A stretch of 64,000 nt of DNA from a bacterium (lineage in GTDB: Bacteria > Patescibacteriota > Microgenomatia > Woykebacterales > RBG-16-39-9b), in NCBI GenBank assembly GCA_030704665.1, contig JAUYID010000009.1:522460-586459 (forward strand), written 5' to 3'. The translations under genes and the position numbers were made by a program. Below the pieces are notes generated by a model, which saw only the letters and a program-made list of their open reading frames with translations, did not search any database and was not told the origin of the DNA. Shown piece after piece: positions 8,193 to 17,045 of the stretch; the first letter of the stretch is position 1; each line of letters begins with the position of its first letter.

Positions 8193-8266
8193 TCGGGGAT
8201 GGTCTAATGGTAGGACATGGGCCTTTGAAGCCCAGTATCTAGGTTCGAATCCTAGTCCCCGAGCCA
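8193..8266 (+). tRNA. tRNA-Gln(TTG)
   Basis: tcggggatggtctaatggtaggacatgggcctTTGaagcccagtatctaggttcgaatcctagtccccgagcca. Confidence 0.85.
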
Positions 8267-8269
8267 GAA

Positions 8270-8821
8270 TTATTCTGTTTTTCTCTTCCACGCAAGAACT
8301 AGCAAAATCAGACCGGCTGCCTCTAGTAGAATGCCTATTATCTGCATAGTGCTTGCAGCCGAAACCCAACTGGCAGCCTCTTCCAAGTACCAAGTTCTCT
8401 TTAGTTCTATTGCAGAAGAAACCCATTTGACCACTTCGATCCTGTAGAGGGCCGCGTTAAAAAAGAAAACTAAGGCCACCGAAGCCAAAGTAAGTCCAAG
8501 CAAAGCCTTGATCTGGTTTAGATCCAGCCTATTAAATAGCGGCCTGGATATTTCCGTTGCGGCTTTGTTTTTACGAAGCATCAGGAAGCTTGCTACCAGC
8601 AATATCAAAGCTACAGCGAAGGCAATACCTGCACCCCTAATCCAATTCCAGCCAACCTCTGCATAGGCGTCCAGCGGTTCTTCTTTATAGGCAGACAGCC
8701 AGCCGAAGCCCTCAAACAAATAAACTGCGGCAAAAACGAGCAAGCTTATACCGATAGAAGTGAAAACAACACTTATCCAACCGCTTTTTTTGTTAAAGTC
8801 AAAACGCTTAAAGTAGTTCAT
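8270..8821 (-). CDS. hypothetical integral membrane protein (4 predicted TM)
   Basis: 183-aa ORF with four hydrophobic segments. Confidence 0.45.
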   Translation of the reverse strand: MNYFKRFDFNKKSGWISVVFTSIGISLLVFAAVYLFEGFGWLSAYKEEPLDAYAEVGWNWIRGAGIAFAVALILLVASFLMLRKNKAATEISRPLFNRLDLNQIKALLGLTLASVALVFFFNAALYRIEVVKWVSSAIELKRTWYLEEAASWVSAASTMQIIGILLEAAGLILLVLAWKRKTE

Positions 8822-8953
8822 TTATTTAATTATACAAAATTCCTAGGATAAAAGTTCCCACTTAAGATACCGGCTCGAGCCAAAATGGTGACTGCGAGTT
8901 TTTCAAGGGTACTTTCTGATTGGGAGAGTCGCTCTTTTGATCATAAACCAGGT

Positions 8954-9250
8954 CTAGAAGCTCTGTTTGACCCCGACAAAATCAATTCGTGGATAGTTCT
9001 TCCTCACCTCCGACCAGAATTTGTCCGCTAAATTGGCCGAATATTTGCTGTATTGCCCAGACTCGGAATGTCCGCAAAGTTTGTTTTCATAGTCACGAAT
9101 AATTGCCAAAATCTTTTCACCTTCATGATCAAATTGGGTCTTAAATTCTTTAGGGTTGGTCGCGTACATATCGTGGGTAATTTTGAAGCGGATGAAGTCT
9201 TCGCGGTTTTTCTTGACCATTTCGTCAAAGGTTTGTTTGAACTTTGTCAT
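8954..9250 (-). CDS. hypothetical protein
   Basis: 98-aa ORF, no recognised motif. Confidence 0.35.
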   Translation of the reverse strand: MTKFKQTFDEMVKKNREDFIRFKITHDMYATNPKEFKTQFDHEGEKILAIIRDYENKLCGHSESGQYSKYSANLADKFWSEVRKNYPRIDFVGVKQSF

Positions 9251-9320
9251 AGAGATTTAATTTTAACCAAAGTGTAGACTAATTTCGAGTGGTGTCCCTC
9301 TCTCCTTTCTTCTGGGACAC

Positions 9321-9641
9321 TTAGTCTGTTTCGCGAACAATTGAGAACGAACGCCGCCGCCTTTGGAATTCAACTTCGGAGAGCATTCGGGCTAGGGCTC
9401 TTTCCTTAGCACTCATTCCCTGGCTATCGGTCTCCTCGCACAGACGCTCGAGCAATTCGGCGACTGTTTTGACAGGAGGCGAAAAACCAAGATGGACCGA
9501 GACTTCAGCGAGACGACGTTGAATCGACGGTATCTCGTCCAGAACCAAAGTCGACTCACGGCTATACTGAAGCACCTCCTCGAGACTGCTCAGCCCGAAA
9601 ATTCGGTAAAGCCTCAGATCGATGACTTTGGGATCGTGCAC
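9321..9641 (-). CDS. hypothetical protein in a moderately GC-rich patch
   Basis: 106-aa ORF; divergent from the AlkD-like gene; uncertain. Confidence 0.25.
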   Translation of the reverse strand: MHDPKVIDLRLYRIFGLSSLEEVLQYSRESTLVLDEIPSIQRRLAEVSVHLGFSPPVKTVAELLERLCEETDSQGMSAKERALARMLSEVEFQRRRRSFSIVRETD

Positions 9642-9719
9642 TCTGACCTCCTTTCTCAGTCTGATTATAGCAAAAATAATTATTTACCTCTGTCTTTGCT
9701 GGCTTTATACTTGAAAACA

Positions 9720-10427
9720 ATGTCAGCTCAAGAACTTAAAAAAGCTTTGCGCAAACTTGCTTCAGAAAAAAAGGCCTCTGCCTCAGCTTGGTTTTTCAAA
9801 ACTGGTCCTGGTCAATATGGTGAAGGGGACAAGTTTATTGGAGTCACAGTACCGGAGCAAAGAAAACTTGCCCGAGAGTTTAAAGATTTAGATTTAGTGG
9901 AGATCGAAAGTCTGCTCCAATCCCCATTCCATGAGGAACGGCTCGTCTCACTCTTTATTTTGGTTAACCGGTTCAAAGGTTCTAGCCAACGAACCCAAAA
10001 AGAAATTTTTGATTTCTATCTCGCCAACACTAAATCGATCAACAACTGGGATCTAGTTGATTCGTCTGCTAGTTATATTGTCGGAGAATATTTGCTTGAT
10101 AAACCAAGAAGGGTTCTCTACTCTCTGGCTAGATCGAAGAACCTCTGGGAAAGGCGAATCGCCGTGATCGCCACTTTTAGCTTTATTGTTCGGGGCGAAA
10201 GCAAAGACAGCCTAAAAATTACCGAGCTTCTACTCGGAGACAAGGAAGACCTGATGCACAAGGCAGTGGGCTGGATGCTACGCGAAGTTGGCAAACGAGT
10301 TTCAAGAGAAGTTTTGATCAAGTTTTTGAGAGTGCATTATTCTACCCTTTCCCGGACAAGTCTGCGCTACGCGATTGAGCACTTTCCTGCCGAAACGAGA
10401 CAAAAATACCTCAAAGGAAAATTTTAA
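9720..10427 (+). CDS. DNA alkylation repair enzyme (AlkD/AlkC-like HEAT-repeat glycosylase)
   Basis: MSAQELKKALRKLASEKKASASAWFFKTGPGQYGEGDKFIGVTVPEQRKLAREF matches the AlkD family N-terminus; start at internal ATG 9720. Confidence 0.65.
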   Translation: MSAQELKKALRKLASEKKASASAWFFKTGPGQYGEGDKFIGVTVPEQRKLAREFKDLDLVEIESLLQSPFHEERLVSLFILVNRFKGSSQRTQKEIFDFYLANTKSINNWDLVDSSASYIVGEYLLDKPRRVLYSLARSKNLWERRIAVIATFSFIVRGESKDSLKITELLLGDKEDLMHKAVGWMLREVGKRVSREVLIKFLRVHYSTLSRTSLRYAIEHFPAETRQKYLKGKF

Positions 10428-10447
10428 CCTAAAAAGCAGACAGGCTC

Positions 10448-10456
10448 TGGTATAAT
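10448..10456 (+). promoter_or_regulatory. extended -10 element (TGgTATAAT) ahead of the GC-rich two-gene cassette
   Basis: tggtataat about 30 nt before the RBS aaggagag and ATG 10487. Confidence 0.4.
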
Positions 10457-10486
10457 TGCCTTAATTAAAAATCAAGGAGAGGATCG

Positions 10487-10879
10487 ATGCTCTGTCACAA
10501 CCTTTGTCCTGACTTTGATCGCCTTCTGGGGGAGGCAAACACTCCCGAGAACCGCTGGGAAATCGTTGATTGGCTGCGGATTAAACTCCGTGAGGCAGGC
10601 TTCGGCGATGCTGAAGACAACTGGAACCATATGGGGTCAGTCGGACCGGTAGTGGTGCGCCTTTTCAGCCACTGCGAACCAGGTATCTGGTTTGGAACAC
10701 GTGGCGAGGAGGCTGTAGCGCTGGTGACCAGCTCGAGAATTGGTCTGCCGATTCACGTTAAGGCCCCAACTCAGGACCAGCTTGACACTCTTGTCCTACT
10801 TTTGGCCGAGACCATTGAGCAAACGAGCACGACAATCAAGGCAAGGAATCCCAACACTGTCGGTGTCTGGGCAAACTGA
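10487..10879 (+). CDS. hypothetical protein A of GC-rich cassette
   Basis: 130 aa; strong RBS aaggagag; codon usage much more GC-rich than the flanking genes. Confidence 0.5.
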   Translation: MLCHNLCPDFDRLLGEANTPENRWEIVDWLRIKLREAGFGDAEDNWNHMGSVGPVVVRLFSHCEPGIWFGTRGEEAVALVTSSRIGLPIHVKAPTQDQLDTLVLLLAETIEQTSTTIKARNPNTVGVWAN

Positions 10880-10890
10880 AGGAGCGCAAC

Positions 10891-11232
10891 GTGGGAAAAA
10901 GCCGAGTCGAAATTCCCCAGGTTGACCTTGGGCTGGTGCGCTTCTTGTACCGCTCCTCAAACGCGGGAAGGTTTGAGTTTGCGGGTGGTGTCTACCACTA
11001 CTGGGCAGTAGTTCTAGAGAGAAGCCTGACTTGGAGACGACTGCAGAGGATCCACGCGAGCGGTCAATGGTCTCTCTTGGCAACTCACCAGCATGTTGGC
11101 TACGCGGGGAGGCTCGTCCCTCTACCCTTCGGAAGACTGGGCATCTGTTTGGAGGCGCGTACCCCCTCCCGAGGAAATGATGTGGCTGCCTTCGAACAAC
11201 TACTCGAGAACTTCGGTCAACCGGTCCATTAG
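10891..11232 (+). CDS. hypothetical protein B of GC-rich cassette (GTG start)
   Basis: 113 aa; RBS aaggag 6 nt before GTG; 11-nt spacing after gene A suggests an operon. Confidence 0.5.
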   Translation: MGKSRVEIPQVDLGLVRFLYRSSNAGRFEFAGGVYHYWAVVLERSLTWRRLQRIHASGQWSLLATHQHVGYAGRLVPLPFGRLGICLEARTPSRGNDVAAFEQLLENFGQPVH

Positions 11233-11346
11233 GTCAAGCCAAAGTCCAGTGAAGACCTCTTTCCAATCAAGGAAGAAAGGGGAGAGCTTCACTACACCAA
11301 CACTTCCCCACTTGTAACTTTTTCTTTTTAGAACTAAAATATTTTT

Positions 11347-11907
11347 GTGAACAAGAATCTGCTCACGGTGTCTTTATTGATCATAGTTCTCGGCTTGGTA
11401 GCAATTTTTGCCTACCAGAATTTTTTCCCTTCTAAAGACAGTGAAAAGGGCCAAAAACCAGCTGCGGAAATCAGCACTTTCGAGCAGTGTGCGGCCGCCG
11501 GAATGCCAGTTCAGGAAAGCTACCCCCGACGCTGTATGGCCGAGGGAAAGAGCTTTACTGAAGACATTGGCAATACTTTAGAAAAAAGCGATTTCATCGT
11601 TCTAAAGAGCCCTTTGCCAAACGAAAAGGTGGGCAGCCCGCTGCAAATTACAGGTCAAGCTAAAGGAAGCTGGTTTTTTGAAGCTGTCTTCCCGGTCAAA
11701 ATCCTAAATAGTGCTGACAAAGTTCTTGGGACTACAACAGCCAAAACAAGTGACAACTGGATGAGCGACAGCTTTGTGACTTTCAATGCGACTTTGACTT
11801 TTGAAGCCTCAACGACTGAAAGAGGAACTTTGGTTCTCGAAAAAGACAATCCTTCTGGGCTTGTGGAAAACGAAGATTCGCTAAGAATCCCGATCAAATT
11901 TAAGTAA
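11347..11907 (+). CDS. secreted Gmad2-like immunoglobulin-fold protein
   Basis: N-terminal TM/signal; SPLQITGQAKGSWFFEAVFPVKILNSADKVLG resembles the Gmad2 domain (PF10648). Confidence 0.45.
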   Translation: MNKNLLTVSLLIIVLGLVAIFAYQNFFPSKDSEKGQKPAAEISTFEQCAAAGMPVQESYPRRCMAEGKSFTEDIGNTLEKSDFIVLKSPLPNEKVGSPLQITGQAKGSWFFEAVFPVKILNSADKVLGTTTAKTSDNWMSDSFVTFNATLTFEASTTERGTLVLEKDNPSGLVENEDSLRIPIKFK

Positions 11908-12198
11908 TTGGGTTTCAGGTTTGAGAGCTGCCGAGGCTGGTGCGCCAGTTGATGAAAGGCATGCGGTGTTTTTCGATCGACACGTCCTCAAGGGGGATGT
12001 TTTTGGCAGCAGCAAAGAGAGAGAGGGTTTCGACACTAGCGGAAAGTTCGGGGTTCATGATGTTGGCATTATGAAAAGAAATGAAGTCCTCAATGTTTTC
12101 ACTCACCCCTTCAGTCTACTCCTATAAATCAAATAAGCAAGAGCCAAAGGCAGTGCAGGCCGGCGCTTGCTACAAAAATCTGCCGGTGCTACTATTTC

Positions 12199-12549
12199 TT
12201 GATGACGACTGAGGGGCTACAAAAAAGAATTGTCAAATTTCGTGACCTCCGCAACTGGAAACAGTTTCACAACCCCAAAGATCTCGCTATTTCCCTTCTT
12301 CTTGAAGCCGCAGAACTGCTTGAACATTTCCAATGGGAAAGCCCAGAAGAAATGGACGAGCTCATTAAATCCGAAAAATTAAAGGAGATTAAAGAAGAGG
12401 TGGCGGACACTTACTACTGGATTTTGCTCATTGCCCACGATCTCAATATTGATCTGGAGGAAGCCTTGAAAGAGAAAATGGCCCAAAATGAGGCCAAATA
12501 CCCAGTTGAGAAAGCTAAAAACTCCCACAAAAAATACAATGAGCTCTAA
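12199..12549 (+). CDS. MazG-like nucleotide pyrophosphohydrolase (small all-alpha NTP-PPase)
   Basis: FRDLRNWKQFHNPKDLAISLLLEAAELLEHFQW...EEVADTYYWILLIAHDLNIDLEEALKEKMAQNEAKYP. Confidence 0.7.
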   Translation: MMTTEGLQKRIVKFRDLRNWKQFHNPKDLAISLLLEAAELLEHFQWESPEEMDELIKSEKLKEIKEEVADTYYWILLIAHDLNIDLEEALKEKMAQNEAKYPVEKAKNSHKKYNEL

Positions 12550-13222
12550 AACTGTCGGACTTAAAGACAAAGTTGTTCTCATTACTGGCTCCTCCATCGG
12601 CATTGGAGCTGCTCTCGCGGAAGAATTTGCCAGGCAGGGTGCCAAAGTGGTCATTACCTACAATACGAACAAAGACGCAGCTATGAGACTAGCTGAAAAG
12701 TGCCTGACCCTGGGTGCGGCTGATATTCTCGTGCTCAAGCTTGATGTCCGAAACGAGAAGGAAATTCTGGAAAGTGTGGCAAGAGTCAAAAAAGAGTTTG
12801 GTCACATTGATGTTCTAGTCAACAACGCTGGAGTCTTTGCGGAAGGGACAGTAGAAACAACCACTTTTGAAGGTATCGAAGATCAAGTGCGCGTCAACCT
12901 CGAGGGTTTGATCAAAATGACGCACGCGGCTCTCCCCTACTTGAAAGGGGCAGTGGTGAACATTGGTTCTCGGGCTGGAACAAAGCCTTATCCGAACTAC
13001 GCGACTTACGCAGCGACCAAATGGGCGGTGCGCGGCTTTTCCAAATCTTTGGCAGCCGAGATTGCTCTGCCGGTCTACTGCGTCAACCCGGCTGGAACTG
13101 CCACCGCCATGAACGATTTTGAGGGCGTTCCGGCCTCCAAAGTCGCTGAGGTCATCCTTGCTGTCTTGACTGGAAAAATCAAAGCTGAAAGTGGGGACGA
13201 TATCAATGTTTGGGAATATTAG
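12539..13222 (+). CDS. short-chain dehydrogenase/reductase (SDR)
   Basis: VVLITGSSIGIGAALA (TGxxxGxG), NNAG, YAATKWAV (YxxxK); the ATG overlaps the upstream stop. Confidence 0.8.
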   Translation: MSSKTVGLKDKVVLITGSSIGIGAALAEEFARQGAKVVITYNTNKDAAMRLAEKCLTLGAADILVLKLDVRNEKEILESVARVKKEFGHIDVLVNNAGVFAEGTVETTTFEGIEDQVRVNLEGLIKMTHAALPYLKGAVVNIGSRAGTKPYPNYATYAATKWAVRGFSKSLAAEIALPVYCVNPAGTATAMNDFEGVPASKVAEVILAVLTGKIKAESGDDINVWEY

Positions 13223-13898
13223 TTTTGGACGAAACTATTTTCCTCTTCTAGTAGGGGGCCTCTGCCTGCTCTCCTTTTTTCTTTTAGGTTTTCTAGTTTT
13301 GCAGTTTCCGGACAACTTTCTCGACAGAACAAACTTCTTTTCCGAGGCGGCTCTACCCTACCCGTGGTTGGGAAATTTACTCAAGCTGGTTTCTTTTTTT
13401 GGAGAAACTCTGGTTGCACTGCTTTTACTCTTGTTGCTTTCCCTTTTTTTCTTTTTCACTAAATACCCAATCAAGCTTCCCACCATAGTTGGTCTGATTC
13501 TTTTTTCTTTCAGTGCTGATCTTCTCAAACCTCTTTTTGCTCGTGATCGACCGGGGCCAACAATCACCCACCTTACCTACAGCTACCCGAGCGGACATGC
13601 GACTTTTTACGCAGTTTACTTTGGTTTTATCTTTTTCCTCTTGCTTCGGTCAAAGGCTTTACCAAAATGGCTGCGCAACCTACTTCTTGCCTTTTGCGCT
13701 TTTTTGATCGTCTCTGTCGGGCTCTCGCGCCTTTACTTGGGCTTCCATTGGAACAGTGACGTTCTCGGTGGCTACCTCCTCGGTGTCGGTTTACTCTCGA
13801 TTTTGATCTTTGGCCAGGAGCGCTTGAGCGGAAAGTCGAGGAGTGCTAAACTGGGTGCAAATGAAAATCTCCGAGTCCCAAAAAGAAAAATTGGTTGA
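13206..13898 (+). CDS. PAP2-family membrane phosphatase (PgpB/undecaprenyl-PP phosphatase-like)
   Basis: KPLFARDRP, PSGH, SRLYLGFHWNSDV = the three PAP2 motifs; multiple TM helices. Confidence 0.75.
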   Translation: MFGNISFGRNYFPLLVGGLCLLSFFLLGFLVLQFPDNFLDRTNFFSEAALPYPWLGNLLKLVSFFGETLVALLLLLLLSLFFFFTKYPIKLPTIVGLILFSFSADLLKPLFARDRPGPTITHLTYSYPSGHATFYAVYFGFIFFLLLRSKALPKWLRNLLLAFCAFLIVSVGLSRLYLGFHWNSDVLGGYLLGVGLLSILIFGQERLSGKSRSAKLGANENLRVPKRKIG

Positions 13899-14205
13899 GG
13901 AAGCCAAGGCTGTTTTGGAGCGAGTTTATCCAGCGGAGAATCCTTTTGTTTTTGCTAGTGCCGTTCTCACCAAAGCTGGCAACATTTTTTCCTCGGCCAA
14001 CTACGGTTCCGATTCAGCTTCGCTTTCCCTGCACGATACGCAAGCAGCACTGGCTCATGCGGCCGCTCACGGTGAAGGAGATGTCATAGCGATTGCAGTC
14101 ACCAGCCAAGAAAGGCATGCCAAAGGAGAGTTCACCAATCCTTGCCATATGTGCAAACAGCTTCTTTTCCTGAAATATTGGTTAACCTGGGCATTTTTTG
14201 ATTAG
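13861..14205 (+). CDS. cytidine deaminase-like fold protein with non-canonical zinc-ligand motifs
   Basis: AVLTKAGNIFSSANYGS...SLHDTQAAL...NPCHMCKQ aligns to CDA (CNIENAAY...CAERxA...PCGxCRQ), but CAE becomes HDT and PCGxC becomes PCHMC. Confidence 0.45.
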   Translation: MKISESQKEKLVEEAKAVLERVYPAENPFVFASAVLTKAGNIFSSANYGSDSASLSLHDTQAALAHAAAHGEGDVIAIAVTSQERHAKGEFTNPCHMCKQLLFLKYWLTWAFFD

Positions 14206-14438
14206 TTAGTGAGTTGAGGTACTTCTACCGAACGTTTAATAATAAATTCCGGCTTCTCACCGAGTTTTTCTTCGCCGACGACTTCCAAGTAAACCTTAAT
14301 AGCTTTTTCGACATTTTCCAAAGCTTCTTCTTTGGTTTCGCCTTGGGACATGCACCCTGGCAAGTTAACTACGTCAGCAACAAAACCGCCAACCTCCGGG
14401 TCTTTGAAAATTTCGACCACAAATTCTACTTTAGACAT
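14202..14438 (-). CDS. HicB-like / UPF0150-family antitoxin-fold protein (no adjacent hicA)
   Basis: MSKVEFVVEIFKDPEVGGFVADVVNLPGCMSQGETKEEALENVEKAIKVYLE. Confidence 0.65.
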   Translation of the reverse strand: MSKVEFVVEIFKDPEVGGFVADVVNLPGCMSQGETKEEALENVEKAIKVYLEVVGEEKLGEKPEFIIKRSVEVPQLTN

Positions 14439-14556
14439 GGTTAGATTGTAGCACTATTGCACAGTAATGTTAACTTTCAAGCACTCTAAACTGAGACCCC
14501 TTCACCCTAGACCAAAGGCTCTCTTTGTGTTAGACTAGCTTTACAGTAAAAGACAA

Positions 14557-14582
14557 CCCCATCACGGGGCTGCCTTTTTTTT
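14557..14582 (+). terminator. intrinsic terminator-like hairpin + T9
   Basis: ccccatcacggggctgccttttttttt; could also serve the minus-strand gene ending at 14438. Confidence 0.4.
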
Positions 14583-14622
14583 GTGGAGCGGATCAACTCA
14601 GGTAAGGATGAAAGGATTCATA

Positions 14623-14907
14623 ATGAGTAAAGCAGTCTTGGATAGGGAAGACACAGCAGGCTCTGAGCGCGACAAGGCCAAGGTCCACGTACTCGAAGCA
14701 GTTGATGAGACGTCGAAAAGGTTCCTTCTCATGGAGGACCGTCGGGAGCAACGCGCGGGCAAGGTACTGGAAAACCCACCGCCCGGCTCTTCTCAGTGCA
14801 ACTGGTGCCTCTACCCGCTCTTCACCCCAGCAGTGGACGAAACCTACCCTCCAGCCCCAGAACTCTGCGAGAACTGCGACTGGCTCTTGGCGAACGGGAT
14901 CATCTAG
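14623..14907 (+). CDS. small GC-rich ORF with CxxC...CxxC (candidate zinc-ribbon protein)
   Basis: MSKAVLDRE...SQCNWCLYP...(22 aa)...LCENCDW; RBS gaaagga; overlapped by a longer antisense track ORF (14593-15024), so strand and reality are uncertain. Confidence 0.35.
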   Translation: MSKAVLDREDTAGSERDKAKVHVLEAVDETSKRFLLMEDRREQRAGKVLENPPPGSSQCNWCLYPLFTPAVDETYPPAPELCENCDWLLANGII

Positions 14908-15061
14908 GAAGAAGATCAGAGGGAGAGAATCAAGGGACTTTGTGAAAAGTTGGTGTTTACACCTCGTATCGTTGCTTCTTTTCGTAACGGTACGCCCTTC
15001 CCTCTTTGAAAAAACCAACTCCAAATTTGAATAAGTAAGAACTTTTTAGTAAACTCCCTTT

Positions 15062-15388
15062 GTGATTGAAAATTACTTAAACAAAACTTCTCCCCTGACC
15101 CTTGGTTTCCTCCAAGCTCTCGGCGTGGGCCTTTACGTGGGAAAAGTAGCAGCCTTTATGTTTTTTCTAGAAAAAAATATTGGTGAGCCGGGCTATTTCG
15201 GTGTCGCCTTGATACTGACCCTTTTTGTCTTTTCAGCTGGTCTCACTGGCACTCTGGTCTTTGGTACTCCAGCCTATTTCGCTCTCAAAGGCAATATCTC
15301 CAAAGCAGTTTCAACTCTTCTTGCCACGTTCGTTTCCCTCGCCATCCTCATCACCGTCACTGCGCTGACCATCTACCTAGTTTTCTAG
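15062..15388 (+). CDS. hypothetical membrane protein (3 TM)
   Basis: 108-aa hydrophobic ORF. Confidence 0.4.
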   Translation: MIENYLNKTSPLTLGFLQALGVGLYVGKVAAFMFFLEKNIGEPGYFGVALILTLFVFSAGLTGTLVFGTPAYFALKGNISKAVSTLLATFVSLAILITVTALTIYLVF

Positions 15389-15751
15389 AGTTCCCATTTT
15401 CCTTGTTTTGGCTTGCGAAGAAGAGTAAAATACCAGACAAAATGAAACCATATTTGGCCGATGCAATAAAAAAACACTTCAACGCTTTCAATATCCGCCG
15501 TGCGGCGAACAAGATCTTCAACCGCTTTCACCACAAAGCAGAAAAAGTAGAGAAAGTAGTGCAAAAGCGCAAACCCTCCGAGAAAGTTTTTGATTTTAGC
15601 TTGAGACAAGAGTAAAATAGCCAGGTAATTTATAGTGAGCTAATCGAACTATCTTAGCTATCCTGACAACAAGAATTTTTGTCATTTTTTAATAATGTTT
15701 TGAGGACAAAACAAAATACATTTTTATAATTTAGAAAGATTGTAAAAGCGA

Positions 15752-16450
15752 ATGGAACAGCAAAAGATGTTTAATGAAACTAAAAAAGTGACCGGATATT
15801 CCCTATATAATGAGGATTTTAAGAAGCGGTTACAACACAATTACTCAGATGGGTTTTTTCCTTCTCTACCAAATAAGCGGTTTGACATAATTTATGCTGA
15901 CCCACCTTGGCACTATAATGGAAAACTTCAATTTGATAAAAGTAGTACAACTAAAGAAAAACTTAACCTATCAAGAAAGATATTCATTAGTACAGCAGGT
16001 TTTAAGTATCCTATGTTAAAACTAAACGAGTTAATGGAGATGCCTATAAGCAAAATTACAAAAGATGACTGTCTTCTGTTTATGTGGACGTCAAATCCCC
16101 ATTTAGCTCAAGCTATTAAATTAGGAGAGGCTTGGGGTTTTGAATACAAAACAGTCGCATTTGTCTGGGACAAAATGAACCATAATCCTGGACAATATAC
16201 CCTTTCTAATTGCGAGTTGTGTCTGGTTTTTAAACACGGAAGAATACCAAAGCCGAGAGGTGCCAGAAATGTACAACAATTAATAAGAGCCAAAAGAGGG
16301 GAGCATAGCGAGAAACCTATAGAGGTGATGAGTGCAATAGAAAAGATGTTTCCAAGCCAAGAGAAGATCGAATTATTTGCCAGAAAGAAAGCAGAAGGTT
16401 GGACGGTGTGGGGCTTAGATGTTTTTAATAAAAATGGAGATAACTTTTAA
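15752..16450 (+). CDS. MT-A70-family N6-adenine DNA methyltransferase
   Basis: IIYADPPWHY (DPPW catalytic motif) with the fold order of MT-A70/M.MunI-like enzymes; 232 aa. Confidence 0.8.
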   Translation: MEQQKMFNETKKVTGYSLYNEDFKKRLQHNYSDGFFPSLPNKRFDIIYADPPWHYNGKLQFDKSSTTKEKLNLSRKIFISTAGFKYPMLKLNELMEMPISKITKDDCLLFMWTSNPHLAQAIKLGEAWGFEYKTVAFVWDKMNHNPGQYTLSNCELCLVFKHGRIPKPRGARNVQQLIRAKRGEHSEKPIEVMSAIEKMFPSQEKIELFARKKAEGWTVWGLDVFNKNGDNF

Positions 16451-17043
16451 AGTAGTAAATGTTTTAGTTTCGTATTAAAATGCTCAACTAGGGATTTTTC
16501 ATCAGGATACATCCACATAAAAAAGTGGTTAGGGAAACCATCGAACCAAAAAGTTATTTCTCTTACCCGTTTTGGATCACGTGCTATATCACCTGCATAG
16601 ACAATCCAAAACGGTAAAACATCCTTTCCTAGGTTTGAGTGATCTTTTAAAAGTTTCAGTAGTCCAGGTGTAAAAAACTTACATGATCTTTCATGTGCAT
16701 TACCCCTTCCTGCACTTGGAGGTTTACCTTCAACCCAACCATCTTGTCTTTTAACCTCTATGTAAAGTTTCTTACTAGTATTTACATTCTCAATGGCGAA
16801 ATCTATCTTTATTCCATGGTGCCAAGTTCTACCCGGAGAAAACACAGCTTTCTCAACGGGTTTGTCTAATTTAACTTTTTCATAGATATGTTCAAATTCT
16901 TTCGGTTTTGGTCTTAAAATAAATGTTTCTGAGTTCTGAAATTCTTTAAAAAAAGCGTCATTAAACAGAACCTCCTGATCAAGAGCTTTCCCGCCACTTA
17001 CTGTTTGCCAATTCAATCTTTTTCGTAACTCAAGTGTTCCCAT
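16447..17043 (-). CDS. Type II restriction endonuclease, EcoRI/MunI-like
   Basis: IDFAIEN...(x11)...IEVKRQDGW = PD...ExK core; GRGNAHERSCKFF resembles the EcoRI 'AAGNAIERSHK' extended-chain motif (recalled from memory); overlaps the M gene by 4 nt in a convergent arrangement. Confidence 0.65.
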   Translation of the reverse strand: MGTLELRKRLNWQTVSGGKALDQEVLFNDAFFKEFQNSETFILRPKPKEFEHIYEKVKLDKPVEKAVFSPGRTWHHGIKIDFAIENVNTSKKLYIEVKRQDGWVEGKPPSAGRGNAHERSCKFFTPGLLKLLKDHSNLGKDVLPFWIVYAGDIARDPKRVREITFWFDGFPNHFFMWMYPDEKSLVEHFNTKLKHLLL

Positions 17044-17045
17044 AA

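Noticed and set aside
9492-9719. First 76 codons of track ORF 9492-10427
   Set aside because: Family homology (AlkD-like) begins at MSAQELKK. The upstream part overlaps the opposite-strand ORF 9321-9641 and has no RBS.
11915-12127. Overlapping small ORFs 11915-12106 (minus) and 11921-12127 (plus) between the Gmad2-like and MazG-like genes
   Set aside because: They are mutually exclusive, neither has a convincing RBS or motif, and the spacer is short. I left it unannotated.
14593-15024. Long antisense ORF (143 aa) across the GC-rich islet
   Set aside because: It has no RBS and no start context, and its amino-acid composition (R/P/A/W-rich) is typical of antisense GC-rich frames. I kept the plus-strand CxxC ORF as the more plausible but still uncertain gene.
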